IMG/VR virus record: IMGVR_UViG_3300036924_000004
Strand: one strand, 5' to 3'
Length of the DNA: 43,770 nt
DNA from: a virus
Under the pieces are notes generated by a model, which was not told where the DNA came from, did not search any database, and worked only from the letters and a program-made list of their open reading frames with translations. How positions within the stretch are numbered: the first letter of the stretch is position 1; every line of letters begins with the position of its first letter. Positions 26,984 through 33,029 of this stretch are shown one piece after another. Position numbers and translations under genes: made by a program.

Positions 26984-27079
26984 AATATTTTTTACTAGCG
27001 TGGTAGGATTACTAAACATAGCGGATAACAGAATAGGCTATACGTGGGTTCTAGAAACGATAGGAGCTAAAAGCGCTGC
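26967..27079. repeat. perfect 15-bp inverted repeat pair GCAGCGCTTTTAGCT / AGCTAAAAGCGCTGC separated by 83 bp
   Basis: Arms at 26967-26981 and 27065-27079, read directly. The left arm continues into the 12-bp palindrome TTTTAGCTAAAA (26974-26985). Confidence 0.95.
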
Positions 27080-27101
27080 GTTAATAGAATAGTACTCCAT
27101 A

Positions 27102-27130
27102 TAGACAAATTAGCAAGCGCAAAGTATAAT
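27102..27130 (+). promoter_or_regulatory. sigma70-like promoter TAGACA-N17-TATAAT
   Basis: Hexamers at 27102-27107 and 27125-27130, 27 nt upstream of the DUF1353 gene. Confidence 0.45.
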
Positions 27131-27156
27131 TTTTTAACACAACGGAGGTTAACTAT

Positions 27157-27618
27157 ATGATAAGAGTACTTGAACCTTTCACCCAGCCGCTAAACGTACC
27201 GGTGCTAGCCCCTCGCGGCAAAAGACGTTATAGGTTAGTCGAGGACTACGTGGCCTACATTTCTATAGACGGGGTCGAGCGGAAAATAGTCGTCCCTAAA
27301 GGCTTCGAATACGACGGCGCATCCGTTCCTCGCCTAGTATGGTCGCTATCAGACCTTACGCCCGACGGCTTAATACGAGCCGCAGCTTGCGTTCACGACT
27401 TTATATATGAGAACAAAGGCGAGATGCCTCTAGGCTCTACCTTCCGCAAAAACCCGGTCTTCCCCGGCGTATACTCTAGCCACTATTTAAAACTCAACCG
27501 CAAACAAGGCGACGATATATTCAAGGCGTTAATGCGACGCGGAGGTGTTAACAAGACGTCTCGCAATAGGGCCCATAAAGCAGTTCGTTGGTTTGGCTGG
27601 TGGGCCTGGCGCACTTAG
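27157..27618 (+). CDS. DUF1353-family protein
   Basis: VPKGFEYDGASVPRLVW ... AAACVHDFIY matches the F-x-DGASIP / HD-x-x-Y pattern remembered for DUF1353. GGAGG RBS. Confidence 0.65.
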   Translation: MIRVLEPFTQPLNVPVLAPRGKRRYRLVEDYVAYISIDGVERKIVVPKGFEYDGASVPRLVWSLSDLTPDGLIRAAACVHDFIYENKGEMPLGSTFRKNPVFPGVYSSHYLKLNRKQGDDIFKALMRRGGVNKTSRNRAHKAVRWFGWWAWRT

Positions 27619-27636
27619 AAAGAAAGGACTTAAGAC

Positions 27637-27882
27637 GTGCAAGATTTCATGAAACTATTGGAAAGCTCTCTAGGCGACAACTCGTGGCTAACCACGTTAG
27701 GCCTTTGGTATATTGGCTGGAATTTACGTTCGCTTAAAAACGCCCCGAGTCTGATATCGAAGTCTATCGAGACGCTACTCGACGCGCTCAATACTCATAC
27801 TAAGCTAATGGAGGACATCCTGGCTAACACCCGGAAAGCCTCAAGAGATCTCAATAAAAATAGCCGAGACCCCCGCAATTAG
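27637..27882 (+). CDS. hypothetical protein
   Basis: 81 aa with a GTG start (alternative ATG 27649). Confidence 0.45.
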   Translation: MQDFMKLLESSLGDNSWLTTLGLWYIGWNLRSLKNAPSLISKSIETLLDALNTHTKLMEDILANTRKASRDLNKNSRDPRN

Positions 27883-27921
27883 AGACCTCGGCACAAGTCT
27901 ATGGCTGAAAGTGACCAGTAG

Positions 27922-28395
27922 CTAAGATCCCAGTAGAACCGCGTGGTAGGTAGAACGCTCTACGGGGTCCAGTACCGCATCAATATTTATACCGAACTGC
28001 ACATCAAGCATAAGGCATAGCATCTTTAACTTACCCTTATCTCTTCGCGCAACCGCTTCCCCGACCTCGGTCAAACGCCGGTCCAAGTCCCGATAAAAGC
28101 TGTTCTCTACCTGAGTACAAGCCTTTTGCCTTAGCTTAGCAACCGGTATATTCTCTAATAGCGTAGGAACGGAAAACTCCTCACCGTTAAGATACTGCTC
28201 AATATCTATAAGCAAGTACTGGTTAAGCAAAGCGTCACAGGCTACGACTTCCAACTGGTCATCGTTCTCTATAGCAACGACCAACTTCTGCGCGATATCG
28301 TACGCAACGGTAAAATACGATCTAGTTAGCTTGGATAATGACTGGCGCTTTAGCCCATCTAAGTCTAGCCTCAGCACCCGGTGAGCGTTTTTCAT
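27922..28395 (-). CDS. hypothetical protein (helical)
   Basis: 157 aa, last gene of the SLOG operon. Confidence 0.6.
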   Translation of the reverse strand: MKNAHRVLRLDLDGLKRQSLSKLTRSYFTVAYDIAQKLVVAIENDDQLEVVACDALLNQYLLIDIEQYLNGEEFSVPTLLENIPVAKLRQKACTQVENSFYRDLDRRLTEVGEAVARRDKGKLKMLCLMLDVQFGINIDAVLDPVERSTYHAVLLGS

Positions 28396-28462
28396 AGTGC
28401 ACCCCGAAAATAGTGATTGTTAACTTTTACCTCTTCGGCTCGTGCACGTCAAAACTTTAGGC

Positions 28463-28738
28463 CTAAGTAATACACAGCGCAGCTCTAACAGCAGCGTCCT
28501 TAGCTTCTAGTAGCTTACGTAGCGCTACCTCAGCCTCTTCCTTAGCTCTTGAAAGCTCAAGCGGATTATAGAGGCCTTCACTAGCCCCAGTGCTTACGTA
28601 CTTATCGTATACGCTTTTCGCTACTACCAAGGCTAAGTCCTTGAACGGCTTGCTTACCGGTTTAAGCTTGTCAGGTAGGTGCTCATAATCGAAAAACTTC
28701 AACGTAGTAAAGCAAAAATCCATATCTATTGGAATCAT
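28463..28738 (-). CDS. hypothetical protein (conserved phage family ending ALRKLLEAKDAAVRA)
   Basis: AAGGAGG RBS. The C-terminal motif is remembered from many phage hypothetical proteins. Confidence 0.65.
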   Translation of the reverse strand: MIPIDMDFCFTTLKFFDYEHLPDKLKPVSKPFKDLALVVAKSVYDKYVSTGASEGLYNPLELSRAKEEAEVALRKLLEAKDAAVRAALCIT

Positions 28739-28753
28739 ATCAGTCCTCCTTAC

Positions 28754-29227
28754 TTAACAAAAAGAAACGGCGCCAGTTACCGAGTCGACAATAGCTACTG
28801 GTTTCCGGAGCTTAACAAGTTTAGTCACCATATCGTGGGTACCGCGGCGCTTGCCGGTGTATACCGCTATACCAAAGTCCGAGAAATCCGCCATAGCCGT
28901 GTTGCGCCTAGACACTGCGGCTTTTCCGTATTTAGCCCGAGCCTCTTTAGTAACGGGGAACTCATGAACTACTCCTGTAATAAACGGCGGGAAACCACTA
29001 GCGTGCGGGGTAACCTCCCGTAGCATATACGGAACCATATCAGGGCTGTTTTCACAACACCCAGACACAAGGTCAAGTGGCGATAAGCTAAGTAAGCTAA
29101 GAGCCGGCATGCTGAGCAGTAGTTTCCCAATTATTAGCGAGTACTGCCTGGTTATAAAATCTAACGCGACGTAAGGACTTATCCCTTGGGCCCCAAAAAT
29201 TACTAGTCTATTCGGTCTGTTTAGCAT
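28754..29227 (-). CDS. SLOG-superfamily protein (DUF2493/YspA-like)
   Basis: LVIFGAQG..., SGCCENSPD, KYGKAAVSRRNTAM and GKRRGTHDM parallel the DUF2493 blocks vtGsR, hGac.GAD, G.aAg..RN..M and GsrGT. GGAGGGAG RBS. Confidence 0.6.
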   Translation of the reverse strand: MLNRPNRLVIFGAQGISPYVALDFITRQYSLIIGKLLLSMPALSLLSLSPLDLVSGCCENSPDMVPYMLREVTPHASGFPPFITGVVHEFPVTKEARAKYGKAAVSRRNTAMADFSDFGIAVYTGKRRGTHDMVTKLVKLRKPVAIVDSVTGAVSFC

Positions 29228-29271
29228 TGCACTCCCTCCAATGGCGCTGGTTTTCTCTAGCCCTAAGAAAA

Positions 29272-29300
29272 GTTTTAGTTAAAAAATTTTACAAAGTCAA
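29272..29300 (-). promoter_or_regulatory. sigma70-like promoter TTGACT-N17-TAAAAC for the SLOG operon
   Basis: The hexamers are the reverse complements of 29295-29300 and 29272-29277. The spacer is exactly the conserved 17-mer. Confidence 0.45.
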
Positions 29301-29316
29301 GTTTTTACTGTAGAGT
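29288..29316 (+). promoter_or_regulatory. sigma70-like promoter TTTACA-N17-TAGAGT for the pentapeptide operon
   Basis: Hexamers at 29288-29293 and 29311-29316. Overlaps the divergent promoter back to back. Confidence 0.4.
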
Positions 29317-29355
29317 GCCGATAGTAATACACAACCTCTATAGGAGAAACTATAA

Positions 29356-29589
29356 ATGACAGATATAAAAGACATTTGGCTTATAGCCCTAGGAGTAGCC
29401 ATAACATCTACTGTGTCTATCATGGCTTATGCCTCGCTAACCGAGAAACCCACGCCCGGCAAAACGCACTACTCGATATGCGTGGATAACACCTACCCCA
29501 AGTGCGTCCTAGCTAATAAGACGCTGCCGAGCCTTGAAACTTTTTGCAAGGTAGCTACAGAAATCCAATGTAAGGAGCTAAAATTATGA
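29356..29589 (+). CDS. N-terminally anchored small membrane protein with 4 Cys
   Basis: IWLIALGVAITSTVSIMAYA transmembrane segment followed by a Cys-containing domain. AGGAGA RBS. Confidence 0.6.
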   Translation: MTDIKDIWLIALGVAITSTVSIMAYASLTEKPTPGKTHYSICVDNTYPKCVLANKTLPSLETFCKVATEIQCKELKL

Positions 29590-30167
29590 CACAAGACAGA
29601 TATTTCAGCCCTGGCTCTAGCCTGGCGCTATACGCCGGAATGTGGTTCCTTCTGCTCGCTATCGCGTTCACCGGCGAGCCCGCCTATTTCTACCTCTTCA
29701 TAAGCGCTGCGGCGCTTGCCGTGTTCAGCGTCCTAGCGCGTTTCGTTTTCGCCCAGTACCGCTGCTATCTATACGCTAAGAAAGCGATCAGGTATGGCGC
29801 TAACGCGATTAACTATTTCGTCGCAGCTAGAGCCACAGAAGACACGCTAAAGCGCTTCGAAAGAGACGAGTATAGTAAAATGCTAGAAGTGGTCATGCCT
29901 AGAGCCTACAAGGGGCAAGTAAAAGCGCGCCGAGATAAAATAGATTACTATTATAGCTGCTTAGACCACTGCAAAAAGCGTCAAGATTTTTACCTAAAGC
30001 TATTGCACGCTGAGGGCATGGACTACAGAGAAACGGCCGGCAATGTCCTTGCCGCGTCTAGCGATCTAGCCGAGCTAAACCCTGCCGTAGCTAAGATGCG
30101 CGCGAACCCTAAAGCGCGTTTCAGTATCGATGATATCGTAAACGCAATGAGCAAAGTGGAGGACTGA
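29586..30167 (+). CDS. two-TM membrane protein with helical cytoplasmic domain
   Basis: LALYAGMWFLLLAIAF and YFYLFISAAALAVFSVLARFVF segments. ATGA overlap with the upstream gene. Confidence 0.65.
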   Translation: MTQDRYFSPGSSLALYAGMWFLLLAIAFTGEPAYFYLFISAAALAVFSVLARFVFAQYRCYLYAKKAIRYGANAINYFVAARATEDTLKRFERDEYSKMLEVVMPRAYKGQVKARRDKIDYYYSCLDHCKKRQDFYLKLLHAEGMDYRETAGNVLAASSDLAELNPAVAKMRANPKARFSIDDIVNAMSKVED

Positions 30168-30169
30168 AA

Positions 30170-30697
30170 ATGGCATTTACAGAGGAACAGCTAAAGGCTA
30201 TCCTATCAAGTCACGCGCTATGGGTGAGAAGTAGCGAAACTGAGGGCGAGAAAGCCTCCTTTATGGGCGCAGACCTGGGCGGAGTCGACCTTAGGCACGC
30301 CTGCCTGTGTGAGGCGGACTTTAGAAACGCTACCCTTGACAGGGTAAACCTACACGGAGCGGACCTATATGGCGCCGATTTTAGCGGCTCTGACCTACAG
30401 CATTCGTCTCTGTCTTGTGCGAACCTCAGTGACGCGGACTTTAGAGGCGCAAATCTATATTGCGCAGACCTATACGGTGTCTACGCCGCTCGCACACAGG
30501 GCCTAATAACGTTCTACCTTGGAGTCTTTTCCGGCCATATGACCCTACATGACAAGCAAGTAACTATAGGCTGTACTAGCTTGTCTTTGGACGACTTTCT
30601 AGCACGCGCTGACGAGCTCATAATCGAGCACGACATACCGGGGGACTTAGCCCATAAGCTAAAAGCCTTTGGCTTGTTTCTTAAAGCTAACTACTAA
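30170..30697 (+). CDS. pentapeptide-repeat protein
   Basis: ADLGGVDLRHACLCEADFRNATLDRVNLHGADLYGADFSGSDLQHSSLSCANLSDADFRGANLYCADLYG gives about 14 consecutive A(D/N)LXX pentads. Confidence 0.88.
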   Translation: MAFTEEQLKAILSSHALWVRSSETEGEKASFMGADLGGVDLRHACLCEADFRNATLDRVNLHGADLYGADFSGSDLQHSSLSCANLSDADFRGANLYCADLYGVYAARTQGLITFYLGVFSGHMTLHDKQVTIGCTSLSLDDFLARADELIIEHDIPGDLAHKLKAFGLFLKANY

Positions 30698-30713
30698 AAA
30701 CAGGAGGACTGAA

Positions 30714-30815
30714 ATGAATGATTTGATACTGGCCTGGTGTATAGGGCTAGCCGTCGTATCGCTGATAGCCGCGATGATAACTGACAAGAACGATGATAAC
30801 CGTCCCCGAAAGTAG
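30714..30815 (+). CDS. 33-aa membrane mini-protein (not in ORF track)
   Basis: MNDLILAWCIGLAVVSLIAAMITDKNDDNRPRK. Its initiation region GGAGGACTGAAATG is nearly identical to that of the pentapeptide gene (GGAGGACTGAAAATG at 30158-30172). Confidence 0.55.
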   Translation: MNDLILAWCIGLAVVSLIAAMITDKNDDNRPRK

Positions 30816-30858
30816 CTACCCCGAGAGCCGCTAGTACGAGATGCTAGCGACTTTTAGC

Positions 30859-31098
30859 TTAAGACCCACCTAGAGCCCCTAACAAGCCAAGCATATCGTC
30901 TCGCATCTTAGCCGTTCTCGGTATGTGTATAGTAGTAGCGTCTTTTGCGCCGCATTCGCACTCACCGGTAGAGATACCAACGGAGCGCGAGGCGATAAAC
31001 GGCGTAACCTCGTACACCGCAGCGCCGCATATACAGTGTAACGGTAAGTCCTCTTCGAACGTAGGGTAACGCTTTAACCAAAAATCAGTGTATTTCAA
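30859..31098 (-). CDS. small Cys-containing protein
   Basis: TTG start after AGAGGGA. Contains HCICG ... ECECG pairs. Confidence 0.5.
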   Translation of the reverse strand: MKYTDFWLKRYPTFEEDLPLHCICGAAVYEVTPFIASRSVGISTGECECGAKDATTIHIPRTAKMRDDMLGLLGALGGS

Positions 31099-31099
31099 A

Positions 31100-31663
31100 T
31101 TATCCCTCTAACGCTTTTAAGATTTGCTTAAGCTTTATTCGAAGCTCAGTCTTAACGCCCTTAGGGATACTGGCCGCTTTTTGCGTCTTTAGCATGTTAC
31201 TGAACCTAGAAGTGTAGCTTAGATACGTGCTGCTGTATACTCCGACGTCTCGCAGAGAGCTAGCACTTACAGCCTTGCGGGCTACCGTATTAGATTTACC
31301 AGTTTTAGCGTTCAACTTACTGACCTGGGCCGCCCGACGCGCTTCCTTATACGGAACCGAGCTCGGTTTCTTCGGGTTCACAGCTTTAGCCCCATACTCG
31401 TAAGCGGCCACCCAGTCCATTAGCGTCGCATATACGACGCCTGACCTTTCAGCGAAGTCGGCTAGCGTGGTAATGTCTTTCGGCTTTTCCGCCATAGCGT
31501 TATATTTTCTTCCGTCCCTAACGCATACACTTAGCGCTATCTCGGCTATTTTCATTTTCCGCTGCTTGATTTCCGACATTAGCTGCTTAACCTCAGCGAT
31601 AGCCTTGTCCACTCGGTTCGGTTTGAGGGCCGTCCAGGCCTCTTTTATCTGTTTCTCGTTCAT
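31100..31663 (-). CDS. hypothetical protein (basic, helical; possible DNA-binding)
   Basis: 187 aa ORF in operon register. Confidence 0.6.
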   Translation of the reverse strand: MNEKQIKEAWTALKPNRVDKAIAEVKQLMSEIKQRKMKIAEIALSVCVRDGRKYNAMAEKPKDITTLADFAERSGVVYATLMDWVAAYEYGAKAVNPKKPSSVPYKEARRAAQVSKLNAKTGKSNTVARKAVSASSLRDVGVYSSTYLSYTSRFSNMLKTQKAASIPKGVKTELRIKLKQILKALEG

Positions 31664-31668
31664 TCTTA

Positions 31669-31878
31669 CTAATCCTTATATTCCATTTTTACTCGCCATC
31701 CGTTGTCGCAAAAGAACGTGCCGGAAGAATCGACTCCTGTAACATAGCACATTTTATTGGCTTTGATCCAAAAGGCCCTAGAGACGTGCGTTTTGCGGAC
31801 CTCTGAAGCAAATACATAGCCTATAAGACCGATAGCTAGCAAGAAAATACTTAACCAGAAAAAATTGTCGTTTCTCAT
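31669..31878 (-). CDS. small membrane protein
   Basis: ATG 31878 forms an ATGA overlap with the upstream stop. FFWLSIFLLAIGLIGYVF transmembrane segment. Confidence 0.55.
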   Translation of the reverse strand: MRNDNFFWLSIFLLAIGLIGYVFASEVRKTHVSRAFWIKANKMCYVTGVDSSGTFFCDNGWRVKMEYKD

Positions 31879-32264
31879 ATTAACCCCTGTGAAATAGCCG
31901 CTGCCAATACCTGGTCTAAGAGCTTCCACTCAAAGTAGCTACCGGTAGTAGCGTTACATAAAGTCATAATCTTAGTTCCGTACTCGGCCTTGCCTTGAGC
32001 CATCCGCGTTAGCCGCCGTATGTGCGCAGCTGGCAGGAAATCAAGAGGCGGGTACTCCGGTAAGTCGATAATCCCTGCCCTAACGGCCTCGCAGAAAAGA
32101 TGCCTGAAGCTCTCGACGCTTGGATCGCTAAATACCGCGGCTTGGCGTATCGTAGTAAGTTTCTTCTCGCAGATATCGAGTACCACGCTAGCCTCTTTAA
32201 CGTTAACGCCTCGCGCCATCAATTCCATTAACCTTATTTCCATTGGGCGTAGTTTGTAATCCAT
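31875..32264 (-). CDS. LuxR/GerE-type HTH regulator (two HTH-like units)
   Basis: LRPMEIRLMELMARGVNVKEASVVLDICEKKLTTIRQA plus a second unit LPAAHIRRLTRMAQGKAEYGTKIM. GGAGGGA RBS. Confidence 0.55.
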   Translation of the reverse strand: MDYKLRPMEIRLMELMARGVNVKEASVVLDICEKKLTTIRQAAVFSDPSVESFRHLFCEAVRAGIIDLPEYPPLDFLPAAHIRRLTRMAQGKAEYGTKIMTLCNATTGSYFEWKLLDQVLAAAISQGLI

Positions 32265-32323
32265 ACGCGTCCCTCCTTAGTGATAGCTTACTTATCGGCA
32301 GGTTTAGCACTAAAACTTAGACT

Positions 32324-32353
32324 AAAATACTCCTATTTTTGTAAATGTAGCAA
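32324..32353 (-). promoter_or_regulatory. candidate promoter TTGCTA-N18-TATTTT for the 32264 operon
   Basis: Reverse complements of 32348-32353 and 32324-32329. Confidence 0.35.
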
Positions 32354-32574
32354 ATATCTACGCAACCGTTGCGCAGTGTTGTGAATTTACCACAGTGCAT
32401 AGGGATTACGCTAAATAAGCGCTGGTAATGATAACAGCTAGTTGCGAGGAGGTGTCCCGTGTCGACGTATCGCAATTAGCCGTTTCGCGCATTTCGCTAC
32501 GCCTTTCTTTCCTCGCCCGCCAATAGCGCGTAGCTTTTCACTACGTTTTGCCTAGATACGTACCGGGGTTTAAA

Positions 32575-32841
32575 CCTGTCCAGGGTAAGTCCAGAGCATT
32601 TGCCATACATGCGATTAAGCGTAAAGCATTGATTTTTATATATTAGTCTAGTGTATCCATACTATCTATAGATAAATATATTTATTATGTATATATAAAA
32701 AGTAAAAACGCATAAAATAGTACACATATAGATATACGTATATAGCGTGTAGTGAATATACCCCCTAGCTGTGGACAGGGGTGGACAGGAACGCAACCCA
32801 CCGTAATCAAAACTAAAATAGCGAATGGCGTAGTGGACAAG
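32575..32841. promoter_or_regulatory. putative replication origin: AT-rich unwinding region flanked by TGGACAGG iterons
   Basis: CCTGTCCA (32575-32582, inverted), an AT-rich block at about 32630-32760 with ATATAGATA twice, GTGGACAGG at 32771 and 32781, and GTGGACAAG at 32833. Lies upstream of the primase-helicase gene. Confidence 0.45.
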
Positions 32842-32928
32842 CTCTGGCCAAGCAATGGCCTCTCCGGACTTTTCTAGTCTTTTTAGTGATTTATCTTATT
32901 TTGGCTGGGTTTTTGGCGTTTTATCTAG

Positions 32929-32957
32929 TTGACTGGAGTCTCGATCTTGGTTAAGAA
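32929..32957 (+). promoter_or_regulatory. sigma70-like promoter TTGACT-N17-TAAGAA for the primase-helicase gene
   Basis: Hexamers at 32929-32934 and 32952-32957. Followed by a 7-bp stem hairpin gtcgggg-cgagaa-ccccgac (32961-32980). Confidence 0.4.
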
Positions 32958-33029
32958 TAAGTCGGGGCGAGAACCCCGACCGGCTTTGAGAAAACAGACT
33001 CTAAACCTAAACCGATACGGAGAATCTAG

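Noticed and set aside
27157-27882. DUF1353 protein plus the 81-aa ORF as a lysis cassette
   Set aside because: The 81-aa protein has no convincing TM helix, and DUF1353 has no known muralytic activity. The M15 peptidase and the holin-like gene elsewhere are better candidates.
30816-30858. Hairpins cgctag-N9-ctagcg (30.83 kb) and gccgag-N18-ctcggc (27863-27892) as terminators
   Set aside because: The stems are only 6 bp with large loops and no T tract, too weak to call from sequence alone.
32428-32526. 32-codon ORF (MITASCEEVSRVDVSQLAVSRISLRLSFLARQ) in the large intergenic region, and possible tRNA/ncRNA there
   Set aside because: The ORF has no RBS and low-complexity content. No cloverleaf-like GTTC/T-loop or acceptor pairing was recognisable. 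It cannot be excluded without covariance-model searches.
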